Shown in pieces: positions 1 through 13,289 of a DNA stretch of 64,000 nucleotides. Position 1 is the stretch's first letter. Each line of letters opens with the position of its first letter. Under the pieces are notes generated by a model. It saw only the letters and a list, made by a program, of their open reading frames with translations. It was not told the DNA's origin and ran no database searches. The DNA is from Octopus sinensis. Lineage: Eukaryota. The position numbers were made by a program, and so were the translations under genes. Where the stretch lies: NCBI RefSeq assembly GCF_006345805.1, contig NC_043012.1, positions 21,886,001 through 21,950,000 on the forward strand. The letters run 5' to 3'.

Positions 1-160
1 GTTTGTATGCAAAGTGTGATGTTGCATGGTAGCAAAATAGGACAACTGGAAGGTGGAGTTGTGTGCAAAGACTAGAAAGAGATGAAGTAAGCATGCTCTA
101 CTGGATGTGTAATGTTAGTGAACATGATCAACAGAACACAAAAGAGCTGAAAGTAAGCCA
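1..160 (+). mobile_element. Old RTE C-terminal relic
   Basis: agcatgctctactggatgtgtaatgttagtg matches 29478-29510 of the RTE copy. Confidence 0.6.
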
Positions 161-1795
161 TTTACATCAGACTCCTCTTAAAAGAGGAATTTGATGTAAA
201 TGATTCTCTATTGATTTTGATGATAAGCATTAGTTTTCGATGAACTAAAAACAACCTCTTAATTCAATGCGTTTGTAAGTAACGAAGTATTTCACAGTTA
301 TTTGTCCCTTAACATAATTTTCTGGTAGAATCAGCAAAGCACAATGTGTAACAAGATTGTAATTTTGAATTACAGGTGCAATCCATCTGAAGAACTTCTG
401 CATAGTTTCTATCTATCCAATTTCGTTCACAAGGCCTTGATCAACTCAAGGGCATAATATAAGGAACCTGGGGCAGACTGAGCCATCAGTCAGTCAGGCA
501 CTGCTCGAGGGCCTGGAGCTCTGAGGGGCCTGCACTCTACATATTAACTCTACTGATATCAATGTTAAGAGGCCTAGTAAACAGTTATGCCCGAGGGCCC
601 TTAATACTCTCAGTCCACCCCTGTAGCATGCAGTGGAACTGAACCCTGACTTGGTGATTATGAAGCCAACTTCTTCACAACTCATCTACGCTATATCTAT
701 AATTAGATGTAGTGATGTAGTGTAGTGGAGACGGAACTAGTGTGGACCTGTGATATGTATAACATCTGGGTTAAGATGTATTAGGCAATATGAAGTGGGA
801 GGAACTTGTGGAAGAGGAAGGAGTAGTAAAAGTATATCTTAGGAAGATGGACCTCATGAAAGAAATGAAAAATGTTACCCACCAAGTGGTGAGGTGCTGT
901 ATTAAAGAGGACCCATTCTCTTCATACTAGGATATGGTAAAAACAAATGATGATGATGATGATGATGATGCTGTAAAACATTTTTATTATCTTGGGATTC
1001 GAAAATTTATTTACTTACTTTACATGCTTTCATAGGTGAATAGTCCTCTCACTTTACAAATATTCTACATTGGGGAACCAATTATTTTGCAGTAAGATGC
1101 TATTTCTAATGCATCGACTTGCTGCCAAAGTGAGAGTGGTATCTGTTTTCAGCTAACGTCTGATCAGTTTTCTGCCTAATTGAGAATGCAACTTAAATAT
1201 GGCATTACAGATTGTTACTTTTTCCAGTCAGTCCAACATATTAATTACTCTTGTCATCACCTTTCTCTAAACCACTTAGGCTTTGGATTATTGGATAAGT
1301 ATTGATAAAGATTTGACCATGAAATCATAGCAATAAAACACAAAGTGGACAAATATAGAAGTGCTTAAGTGATTGGTCAGTGTTGATCTGTTGAGATCAT
1401 CCTTACCATTTAATGTCCCTTTTTCCATGCATGCATAAATATGACAGTTCAACAGGAACCAATAAGTCAGAGGACTGTGCTGAGCTCCAGTGTCTGCTTT
1501 GGCATACTTTCTACAACTGGATACCTCTCCTAACGCCAACTACTTTACAGAACTTCTGGCTAATCACTGATTCAGTGTAGAACAGTTATCAGTGGGTGAA
1601 CTTCATTTAGAAAGCAGTTTTTTTTCTCACTCATATTGACATCTTTCTGTCAACAAAATTTCATTCAAAAGGCATTTGTTATCCAAAGTTCAAGTAAAGT
1701 TTGAACTTGGAACCACTTGGTTGGGATGTGAGTTTTTTTTACCACCCAGATATATTTGCATAGGCATATAGCAGTTTATGTGTTTTTGGGAGGGG

Positions 1796-1876
1796 AATTT
1801 CAACCATGTTTCGTGGTCTGCTACCACAACAGCTCCTTTATAGGATCCAGTTAGCTCAAGACATCATCAGGAGGAA
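1796..1876 (-). ncRNA. Degenerate type I hammerhead motif
   Basis: Minus strand: UUCCUC, CUGAUGA, U, G...C, GAAA, C-AUG-G, U, U. Core nucleotides are complete but stems I and II pair only partly. Confidence 0.4.
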
Positions 1877-2001
1877 CCATGTCGGGTTTCGGCTCCTACT
1901 CCTCTACCGTTTTGACGTGGCGGGAGCCCCCACTTTCCAAGGTGTCTTCAGCTCTGGTGTTGAGTGCATATCTTCTTTCTCCTTCTTTCTTCTGTTCCCT
2001 G

Positions 2002-2004
<3 letters not shown>

Positions 2005-2055
<51 letters not shown>

Positions 2056-2072
2056 TATACATTTATATATAT
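2005..2072. repeat. (TA)n microsatellite
   Basis: Directly visible. Confidence 0.97.
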
Positions 2073-2077
2073 GCACG

Positions 2078-2194
2078 ATGTAGCTCAACGAATGTCAGCA
2101 GGCGACTGACTGTCTTGTCAAATTTCCCTTTAAATGGGGAGGGGGGGATTTGACAAGACAGTCAGTTGCCCGCTGACACTCATTGACACTACAT
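2078..2194. repeat. Fold-back palindrome; arms about 46 bp (30-bp core with 2 mismatches), 24-nt loop
   Basis: GTCAGCAGGCGACTGACTGTCTTGTCAAAT (2094-2123) versus ATTTGACAAGACAGTCAGTTGCCCGCTGAC (2148-2177). Confidence 0.9.
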
Positions 2195-5100
2195 ATAACA
2201 CATAAAACATTAAGAGTTAAAAGATTAATAACATATAAAACCACAAACTCTGAAGAACTGAGTTTAGCCCTCATTGAAAACTTAGTCCATCAGTCAGTTT
2301 TACTCATAATGTATCCCTTTCAACTTTAGTAAATTGTTAAACCCATTAAGAAAAACATTAACATTACAAAATTTTGTTTCTCCTCTATAAATCTGAGATC
2401 TTGTATTTACACACAAAAAAGGGCATTTATTTGGATTATTAAAGTTGTTTTTTCCTTTTTTTTTTTTAAATTTATATAAACTGAAGTTAATTGTATTTTC
2501 TTGCTTCTGGCTGCTTCCTGTGATTGTTATTCCTTAAATGAAATTATACCTTGCATTGGACTTGTCTGGTTTTGTTGCCAGATTTCTCAAATTATTCTCC
2601 AGTATATTCAAATGATTCGGCTAGGTTTTGCTTGACTTTCAATGTTTTAGAAATGTGAGAATTTTCAATCTCTGTTACTTTGCTGAATTTAAGAAAAACA
2701 TAGCAGATTATCTTTATTTTTCATTTTATATTTGCACTATATTCTTTATTCTTGTTCATTCTAAGCTTTTGAAGAATGGGAAAACTCATGTTAGAGGGTA
2801 TTGATGACTTTTTTAAAAGATGAATTATTATATTTGTAGTTGTCTGATTATTGTGATATATTCAGGTTATAATTGTATGTGCAAATGACTAATTACATAA
2901 TTAGATAATTAGCAAATGTGACCGTGCCATTTATATTGACAAAGAAAACAGTTTGTTGTTTTAGCTAATTCATTAATTATTTCTGATTTTTTAAATCTTT
3001 TATTTTTGTCTTGAAAAGTTCATTTGGCACACATACAAGAGTATAATTGAGTTTTAAGGATTTAACATTATGAGGTATATTTTGTAAATGCAATGATTCC
3101 TTATTGACATCTATGAGCTAATTGGTTTTATTACTTGATAATGTTGGTCATACTTTAATAACTAATTAATTAGAGATTAGTAATGGAGAAGCAGTATTTC
3201 TTATTGTTACCTTTATACTTACAACATTGTTGGCAGCGGCAATATTATTTCCTCGTCCTACAAACATGCCTCACTTGGTCATCATTCCAATAAAGCATTA
3301 CTTGCTTTGACATAGGCTTTTCACTTCTCATTTTTTTAGCAAAAACCTTAATTTTTGATATTTTCCAACATTATTTGAGAATATTGGTGTGTTTTGACTT
3401 AATTTGTAACACCACACAGACAAATCATTCATCATAATATTACAGTTTGACTTCTGTTTCATTTGGTTTTTCTCAATAATAGTACTCTCCTGAGTTATAC
3501 GTCTTAGTCTTGAACTATATGCCAAAAAATTAAAATAGATAAATAAAATGAAACAAACAGTTAAATGAATTGTCATCAGTTAATTATTTGATTGTGATTT
3601 ATTGTTGTTTACATACTTTGGCATTTAGCTTCAGAATTCTATTAGAATTTACTGCTCTGTCTCTTAACTCCATGGAAGTTGTCATGTCTAAAATGATTGA
3701 CTATTGGCTGTTGTTAAGCTTTATGTCAGTTCTGACTGCAGCTCATCTCATCTTTTTTATCCATCCAATGCACCCTATAATTTTCAAAGTCAGTGAGATT
3801 TGGCTACTGTTTCTAGCAGGTCAAGCAACCAACCATATTAGTGGATCCTTCTTCAGCTCAGCTGTTGTATATTTTATTGGTCTATAGGTTATCTGAGAGC
3901 TTGTTATGAAGGCAGCTGCTGTATTTATTACATTAGTCCTAATCTTAATTAACTTAGACTTCTTCTTGACTGCATTTGAGAGGTTGGAGGCTTTCACTGT
4001 TTGATTCATTGATAATTATCAAGAATACAACTGAAAATAGTTAGAACCCAAGTATGGCAGCTGCAGATCAGTCTAAATGTACATTTCTGCTATGAGAAGA
4101 AGGTTTTACATTTGTAAATTATTCTTCTGTAAATGCAGTCAATTTCCATTGAAATTTAATTTTTTTGCATGTATTTTTTAATGTGAATTTCAGTTTGTTA
4201 TTATTTCTTTACTTAAAGAGAGAAAGAGAGAGAGTGTGTGTGTGTGTGTGTGAGATGAAAATGAATATTAAACCGAATTCTAACATTTGAAACTTTTACA
4301 CAGTATTTATGAAGCCGAAATATATTTTCTTTATTTTAATTTTTTTTTTTGTATGACTTTTTCTTTTGGCTTCTTGGAATTTTCTCAGTGTCTCCCTTCC
4401 AGCTTGCTCTGTGTCCATGATGTTTGGTGTCTCCCTGGCTCACCTACCTCTTGTTGTTGTTGTCGTTGTTGTTGTTATTCTTATTATTGTTAAGGTGAGT
4501 ATCTTGCTGCTGACTGCCTCCTCTCTAATGTCTGCAAAGCCTTCTCCCAGAGCATTTTAGCTACTTCTCATGGCATCTGTTATCAAAAAAGCCTTTCTTT
4601 CTCTCTCCAACAATAAATAAAATAAACCTGACTTTAGACCACTAAAAGTATCACTTCTGCCACTTCTTAGTCTCTTCCATTTGCTGCTACCGCTACTGCT
4701 ATTCATTTTTTATTTCTGGTTGTATTGGTTACCCAGCTGTCATCACCCTGCTTCTATTACTTTTAATAGTATCACAATTACAACAATAACTACTACTTTT
4801 GTCCCTCCTTTTCCCCACCTCTATATTCCCATCTTCCTAGCCTTTCTATAATAGGTCAGGTTTTTTGATTGTTTGGTTTCTGATTTTGATGATCTATGAT
4901 CATTGTGTGTTTATATTTTTAATGGGTCTTTTTAAAAAAAATTTTACTTCTTTTCCTTCCATTCTTCTGTTTTGTACCTCCCAATAATTTGTGCATTCCT
5001 TTCAACTGGACCATTGATATTGCATAAACAGTTTTCTTTATTCAATTATATTTAACTGGAGTTCACTGTCTGCTAATTTATGTTATAATCTGGAATCAGT

Positions 5101-8100
5101 AATATTTGGACTAAATGCTTCGCAGTATTGAGCTGTCTCCCTTTTGTTCTGAGTTCAAATTCTTCCAAGTTTGCTTTTCATCATTCTAGTAATGATGAAA
5201 TAAGTACCAGAGATCAGTCCAGTTATCTCCAAACACCCACCCTACAAGCATTTGTGTCCTTGTGCTTGTGTTACATCATGAATGTTTAACAAAGTTGAAA
5301 TATTGCAAGGTTCTGGAGATGACAAAATAGTTGCCAATAGTCTATTATGCTAACTGCATTTGTTGTGGACTGAGACAAAAGAAATTATTTATTAGCATAT
5401 AGAATTTTACATGAAAAAGAAAAAAGTGAATTCCAGATGCTTGGTGGATTTTTGGCACCAGTGTATTTCTAGATTTTGTGGTAGTAAGCAGATGACATAA
5501 ATCTTGATATAGGAAACCAGTCTGTCTCGGGTAACATTTCCAGGTGATCTGATATCTGTTTCTGGTAGCTGATGAATATACTGTGTGGATGAGAAACATG
5601 AAATATCTGTAACAAATTTGAACTCGCATACTGTCAGCTAGTAAACTTATATTCAATATTCTTATCCACTTCACTTCTTCTTTAGTACAGGGATCCACAT
5701 TTTGAGACTGAGACAACACAGCTATGTTATGTAGGAAAAGTGATTGTGCATAAGATTTACCTATAAAGTGGGTGCCCTTTGGTGGGACATGCTAATGTTT
5801 GTGTGCACAGTTAGTCCAGTGTCCCAAAGTTTGGAATAATGCCAGTTAAAGCATGTAGTCCTAAATAGGTGTAAGTTTACTTACTTGACAAATGAGCGTC
5901 AGATGAATTTATGCTTGTGTACGCTATCAACTGCATGAAGGTAGAATATTTTATAGCTCTGAAGAATTCCAGTTTGTCTTGAGAGATATCATCAGAAATA
6001 ACATGATCTAACATTGGTAAGGAGTCTGATAGTCTAACTGCCCCTTATATATATAAGTATAGTAGTTATAGCATAATGGGCAATTTTTTTTATTTTTTAT
6101 ATGATATACTCTTTCTTTTTCCTTTAAAATCCTTGATCTGAGATTTCAACTGTGTTTAATTTTCAGTAGCTGCACTCTTACTACCTACAATGGTGAAGTT
6201 CTAAGGTCATTTTCAAATTTGCTTTTTGTTTTAGTTAAGATATATGGAGTTTTTGTAAAGCATTTTATATAAGAATTTTATTTTCTATTTAATTCTATTA
6301 TTCACTTTTTCTATACATCATAATTCTACAGGAAGTTAGTCTTTATGACATGTGGAAGGTTTATTTGTATGTTTTTTCCCCCCCAGTATTTCATTGTCCA
6401 TAATTATGGGTCGTTGTAATACATGAGTGTGTAAATACAATAATGTGTAATGTCTTGTCAAATGAGACTTGGATTCCATGTCCTGATTGCAGTTCATAGT
6501 TCTCAGAACCTGCTATGTGAATTAAGTCTTTGTATAGAAAGAAGGAAAGGATGTAGTGTGGAATCATCTGCATAGAAGTGTATTCACTTAAAAAGCTTAG
6601 TGTGCAAGTCATTAAGGTAAGCATTAAAAACTGGGAACCATAACAAAGTTCTCAAAGACATCCCTGTTAATGGAGCTAGTGTTTGGTGAGAGTTATGATG
6701 GACAGTTTTTGATGCTGGTGATGAAGAATGTGCAAAATAGAGTAAGATAGTTTTGTCATAAAGTTCCTATGCTGGAGTGTATGATTTTGAATGGAGAGCA
6801 GAATGGAAATTTTCTGGTTATTTCTTGTACAAAGACATCATGTGCTTGTTTTAACAATAATCTTTCAAGAGTCACATTTACAGTTGGAAATTCTCAGTTG
6901 GTTTATTAGTGAAAGCTACCTCAATGGTAAAGTAAGCTGTATTTGTTTGCTTCACAGGTACAACACATTCTTTAGTAAATCACTTGTGAATGTTGTGTGT
7001 GCATATATGTTTCAATACCCTACATTATGTGGTGTGATGTGCATAAAAAACAGTCACTGTGTCTTGTTAAGAATGTATTGGATGGTCCAGAAGTAAAATG
7101 CATTTGCTGCTCTGGGTAGTCACTGAAGAATTTGCCAGATTCAATGACTTAAAGAAGCATGATAGTGGGACTGTTTGTGAGATGCAGTGATGAGAGAGAG
7201 AGAAATCTTCGTTCATAACAATGCAGTGACATCATTACAGAGAGAAGTTAAGTTTGGAGCTGAGAAACAGAGGAATCATTGAATTATATTTTTCCTAGTG
7301 TTGAACCATCAAAATGATTACTTCAGCTTCTAAAACATATCAACATATATTTTTGTTAATGATGCAAAATATTTTTTCCAAAATCCTTTAAAGAGAGTAG
7401 GTACTATGTAATCTTTAAGATTAATCTATAATTAATTATACTTTAGAATATATAATTAATAATGCTTTAGAATTTGATATTGATTTCCTTTGACTTGGAT
7501 CAAGGTGAATTTTGTTGAGAAGTGACATTGATAAAATCACTTGTAATTTGTTATTGATAAGTGCTATCAAATTGATTAATATTTACATGGTTTGTCCTTA
7601 ATACAAAATATTTTCCCTTTTTTTCTCCCTTTCTTCATCAGTGGACGTAATATATTATTCTGATTACATTTTCTTGAGTGAGACTAGTTTGTTTTATTTC
7701 TGTTGCCAGGTGGTTTTTGAGATCTCTGTTCATGTAGGTTGCTTACATGTGTTGCACTCCTTCAGTAGAAGGAGTGCAATAAGGTAACATGTGCAAAGGA
7801 GTTCTGGAATCAGTTTAATCTCCCTGAATATATGTAATCTTGTGCTCTTATAAACAGTACTTTAGGAATGTGAAGCCTGTATGTTGGCAGAAATGGTGTT
7901 TTAAGGAGATACCACACTAATCAGAAAGTTGAATGTTGCTCTGTATTCTATGTTACAACCATGTGTATAGAAATCCATTCTGCTTATAGAAAAGAGGCTG
8001 CCTCCTCCTTTTGACTTGATAGCCATCATTCTCTTAAGGATCCTTCACACCTTCCTCCAGAATTGTTGTTTAGTTGTTTAACTCTAGCTTGATGTTCCAA

Positions 8101-8579
8101 ATGTGACTATCCTGAATTACTTTGTCCAATGTACCAGGACTAAGCATTCTATTGTATTTCCTCTTTCAAGATGGTAGAGTATGATATAAGGAAGATTTGG
8201 CTGCTATCTTTAGTGAATCGAGTGACTCAATAGAAATGCCTTCATTATAATTTTGTTATTCAAGATCTGGAATAATTGTTTTAAAAGTGAGATATTGTGC
8301 AGGATATTAGACTATGTTGTCATTCAGATAGTAGACTATGTTGTCATTGAATTACCAATTAATCTCCTTAACCAATGTGCCAGTTAATTCTAATGAAGAT
8401 ATTTTATAGTTAGTTAGTTGCTACAGTGTCAGTAAATAAAGGTGAAGGCTATATTTCCGCTGATGAAGCCTAATGATAAACATTTAGAGTTGTCTCCCTT
8501 GTTTCTTCAGCATAAAAATGCTGTTAGCTAATGCTTTAATGTTTCCGTCAATCACTGCATTATTGATGATCATTGTAAT

Positions 8580-8960
8580 AGCTAACACTTAATCTTTCCT
8601 TCTTGATTGAAAAAAAAATTCTTTATAATAATTTCCCATTAAAGAAAATGCTCATCCTGGGACCCTTATTAAACTGCTGTACTCATTCTTCGGTCTGACA
8701 AACAGCTGTCTTGTGGTGTCAAGTTGGTGAATTGAAACAATTAAGTTACAATTTATTTCCAATCAAAACACCAACTTCTCACAGTCTGCTAATACTCTTA
8801 AAAACTGTCTGCATTCATGGCTTGTAATTTACTAGTTAGATCAATATTTTCTTATTCTCGCTTCTTTCTAACCCTATTCTAATGTTAAACACTGAAATTA
8901 AAATGAAACCCACCTTCATATTAGTTTAAACAATGACTTTCACAAAGATACATTTGTGGC
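8580..8960. repeat. Ancient dispersed repeat; second copy at about 12660-13010
   Basis: Shared ATAATAATTTCCCATTA...TACTCATTCTTC...GGTGTCAAGT...CCAAT blocks; family not identified. Confidence 0.7.
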
Positions 8961-10217
8961 TGATGTGACCTGTTATGGACAAAAACAGTTGACTTTGCCT
9001 CAATTTGCAAGCATTTTTGTTGGCTAAATTCACTTGTCACTTGCTATATTGTTTGGGGTGGAAGGATTAGCCTTTTGTTACATACACCACCACTTGACTG
9101 TTGGATATTTTTTGGAGTCCAGTCTGTTGGATCAAATCTCCAACTCAACGTGTTCATCCATATCTTTTTACTCATGAATCATACTGTTTCAGAAGGTCTT
9201 CAAAAAACCATGGGCACTGTTTATCTCCTTAGCCACACTCACTCACTCCCTCCCATGCTATTTTCCATGAAACTGTTTAATGAGCATATATTGTGTATAT
9301 AGCTTTTAAAATGTGTCAATACAGGCATTATTGTCAGAATGCAAACAACCAGTACTGACACCGCAAGGTGTCTCATCCCACACTATCAGTTCTTCAACTT
9401 ACAATCTCTTTTGAGTAGCACTTTTTCATCAATCCCCAAAATGATAAAATGCAAAGTTGACTTTGACGAGTATTGGACTCAGAACTGTGAAGCATTCTAA
9501 CCAACATTAGTGACGATACCTGTAAATTTTAATCAGTTCTCATATTTGTGACACATACACTATCAATGAATAGTTGCTGACATCTGTCCAGATGATGCAG
9601 GCAGTTGAGAGTCAGATCTAGCTTGGTGTTTCATTGACCACTGCGGAACTTGAACCGCAAGCTACATGGTTGCAAAGCAAGCTTTTTAACTGCACAGTCG
9701 GTTGTGTTAGGATGATGAGGTTATTCTTGTTTCTGCTGTTTACCTCTTGTCATTCCAAAATATTTCGGGGTATGACTATCTTATCTTCTTCCATCTTGTA
9801 CAGTATATAGGATTACATTATTTAATGTGTCCATTTTTTCACAAGGTGGCGAGATATTATTTAAGAGGGATTTAGCTGCTATTTCTGGCTGGCTAAATGT
9901 CTGTCCAGAGGTCCCTTTGTTGGTGCATGTGATGTTGGTTCATACATTGTAAGTACTCTGCTAATAGAATCCTCTCATGAGTTCTGATTCTCAGTTGAAA
10001 CTTTTACATTTCCATAGTAAATGTCCTTGGGAAGGGTTTGGGCCATTGTTGTTGTTGTAGTAGTAGTAGTCGTATTTTGAATGTTAATAGGTGTATAGAG
10101 TGAGGCTTATTGGAAGTTTCCTATAGTCCTACTCTATACACAGCTACTAAGGCTGTGAATAGGCACCATATTTACGCATTCGGTTATACATGCTAAGTAT
10201 GCATAAATTGTAGTCAT

Positions 10218-10252
<35 letters not shown>

Positions 10253-10285
10253 TATATATATATAATATATATATATATATATAAA

Positions 10286-10359
<74 letters not shown>

Positions 10360-10381
10360 TATTATATATATATATATATAA
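10218..10381. repeat. Interrupted (TA)n microsatellite
   Basis: Directly visible. Confidence 0.97.
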
Positions 10382-10425
10382 ATAAATAAATGAAAGAATG
10401 GAGTCGAACGAAGATTTTAATAAAA

Positions 10426-10524
10426 TTCCTTTACTCTCAACACATGTTTCGAAGACTGCATACTCTTAATTCCGAAGGAATAAAGGGTGCATTATGCCGT
10501 CTTCTCATCAGGAAAGACAAGGAA
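10426..10524 (-). ncRNA. Type I hammerhead ribozyme motif with intact core (Penelope-like/retrozyme type)
   Basis: Minus strand reads stem I CUUUC, CUGAUGA, stem II GAAGAC...GUCUUC (extended by GCAUA/UAUGC), GAAA, C-AUGU-G, U, U17, then GAGAG closing stem I. Flanked by (TA)n on both sides. Confidence 0.8.
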
Positions 10525-10552
10525 TCTCTATCCGCCTCAAGACGAACAAAAA

Positions 10553-10588
<36 letters not shown>

Positions 10589-11548
10589 CATACATATATA
10601 TATATATCTAGCCGTAGAAACATTGCCAGATCAGACTGGGCCTGGTGCAGCCTTCTGGCTTCCCAGACCTCGGTTGAACCGTCCAACCCATGCTAGCATG
10701 GAAAGCGGACGCTAAACGATGATGATGATGATATATATATAACAGTAGTGATATGTATATTTCATTCATTTGATTACCTATTCAATTTGTTTCTACATTT
10801 CCATAAAATACATGTGTTGTACCACTGTCCCACCACGACCACCACTACCAAATACTATTGAAAGTAAGAAATGTCATTCAGCTCTTTATTATTATTATTA
10901 TTATTATTATTTTTCTATTTTTGTGAAGTTGATGGAGGGGTTTGAGGTGTTTATGAAGAATAAACTGAGACTGCTGCCATGTCCTCTGCAACTGGCTACT
11001 GGATCGTTATACAGCTACTGCTCTTCTCTATCACTTGCTTAATTTTTTTTTCCTTTTTCTTATGCCAGTTTTGCTAATGTTACAATGGACATCGCTGCTT
11101 GCTTGTAGTATTCCTCTTCTTGTGAAATATACTTTCATTGTTTTTCATTACACTATACAATTTCTTTTTTTTTTTTTTTTTTTTAAATTTAAGACATAGT
11201 TTTACTTTTTTGTTCTTCTCGTTACTCATTAGAGTTATTAGAGGAATTTATTCAATATGTCAGTTGTTATTAACGATAAAAAAAGTAACACTGAAATTTG
11301 TGCGATTTATGATTTTTATGCCTGAACTTAAAGTTTAAAAAAAAAAACAACTTAGATTTTATTTTGTCTTTCACATCATTATATTGATTGTTGACAATGT
11401 TCTAGATACTTTAGTGGAAAGGTCAAAGATTGCCACCCTGCTACCAACTCACAACAGAGTCCATAGGTAAAACATTAGCTCTTGTGTTAAGTAGGTACCA
11501 AACATAGCATACTTCATTGCTTTATCCCTTCAGAATTTAAACCAGCTG

Positions 11549-11720
11549 GGCATGGCTGTGTGGTTAGGGAGCTTGCTTCCTAGCTACATGGTTTCGGGTT
11601 CAGTCCCACTGCGTGGCACTTTGGGCAGGTGTCTTCTACTATAGCCCCGAGCCGACCGAAGCTTTGTGATTGAATTCGGTAGACGGAAGTTACTGCCGTG
11701 TGTGTATATGTGCGTGTAGG
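11549..11720 (+). mobile_element. SINE family A, 5' half ending at the internal microsatellite
   Basis: Matches 32527-32690. Confidence 0.75.
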
Positions 11721-11756
11721 TGCTCAGTGCCTCTCCGAAAGAGAGAGAGAGAGAGG

Positions 11757-11935
11757 GATATCCAGCCCAAATAGCCTACCTGTTTTATGTTCAAACTGTC
11801 CAGATCCAACCTTTCACACTTATCCTACAATTTCATTCTAAAAATAAACAAACACATCGTTAAAATCTTGATTAATTGAAAACAATATGAATAAATGAGT
11901 CTTGCATTTGACAGAGTTATCTGACTGCTAAAGGG
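11757..11935. mobile_element. Partial copy of the piggyBac-type MITE, opposite orientation
   Basis: Reverse-complement similarity to 38987-39206; ends CTAAAGGG. Confidence 0.6.
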
Positions 11936-13289
11936 ATAAACAACAGCTGAGTATTTTGTTGGTTTTCACTGCTCAGTTCAGTTCATTTTGGGGAAAAAAA
12001 TTCTATCTGCAATAGGCCATTTTTTTTTTCCTGTTGGAATTCATCTCTCATCAATTTTGTGCTATTAAAACCAGAGTTAAACAATAGCCCTCTTACATCT
12101 TTGTGTAAGAGAAAGGATTAACATTATTTATCTATTTATTTATTATTGTATTAGTGTTATTTCTTAGAACCTCTTAATTTACTTTGCTCGTACTTTGAGG
12201 AAAGGCATGAATGTCATATTCTCACTTTTACAAATTCTAAGCCTAATGGAAGTCTCTGAGAAGCTATCTTTTTTGTTGGGAGTCGGGTGGGTAAGGTAAA
12301 TTGAAAAGGTTTTGTCAATTAAGGTATTAAATATTTATCAACCACTTTTTTTCCCCCTATAGTTTAATCTTCAAACAAATATTGATTTCAAATTTTTATA
12401 AATAGATTTCCTTTTTGTATTGTTTTACATTAGAAGTGTTCTAGAATAGCTTTATAATCTCCAACATTTTTTTTTCCTTCCATTTCTGATATTGGAATGT
12501 GAATGTAATCTCTTATGTTTACATTTTCATAACAACATGCCCACATTGAAGAAGATTCTCTATTATTAGGTCAACTACGGGGGATCCTGTCTTATGTCAA
12601 CTAAGACATTATTTAAGCTGTTTGCTTCGTTTTTTTTTGAAAGATTTTGTTTTTTGATTTCAATTGTTTCTTCTTCATTGGAAAAAGAATCTTTCTATAA
12701 TAATTTCCCATTATTGAAAATGTTGATCTTGAAAGCCCCTATTGACTGCTCTACTCATTCTTCTTCATTCTGACACACAGCTCTGTTTTGGTGTCAAGTG
12801 GATGAATTTAAACAACTAGATTTCAATTTGCTTCCAATTGAAATACCATCCTTTATTTTGCTGGTATCCTTAGAAATTATTAAATCAGAATATCATGACT
12901 TATAGTTTACTATTTAGACAATATTTTCACATTCTTGTAACTTTCTACACCCCCACCCACCCTTACAGCTTCTTTTCTTTTTCGTTAATTCTTCTAAAAT
13001 GTTATTACATTTTTGAGATTGACATTATAAATATTAATATAAGAAGTTAACTTTGCTTTTATTATTTTGAGGTTGGTAAAGAACCAGTCAAGTACTGAGC
13101 TTAATGTAATCAACATGCCAACCCCCCTCAAACTCATTGAATTTGTGATAAAATATAAAAAGAATTAGAAGGTGCTGAACTTTCAAAATCATTGGCATTT
13201 TGGACAAAATGCTTAGTGGTATTTCTTTCAGCTCTTTAAACTCGGAGTTCAAAGCCTGCCAAGGTTCTGTAATCGACTAACTTCTTAAA

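Noticed and set aside
2249-2295. CTGAAGA...GAAA...GTC on the plus strand; a similar trace at about 63470-63515 (minus)
   Set aside because: No G10.1-C11.1 pair or no stem I; compatible with chance or advanced decay.
3570-4009. Minus-strand DPLIW resembling a hAT dimerisation motif
   Set aside because: No supporting downstream hAT motif; multiple stops.
4389-4494. Possible upstream exon with a strong AAG|GTGAGT donor and an ATG
   Set aside because: The peptide is a poly-Val run from a (TTG)n repeat, is out of phase with the 18626 acceptor, and has no BICRA similarity.
5345-5719. 124-aa minus-strand ORF
   Set aside because: No recognisable domain or splice context; probably a decayed repeat.
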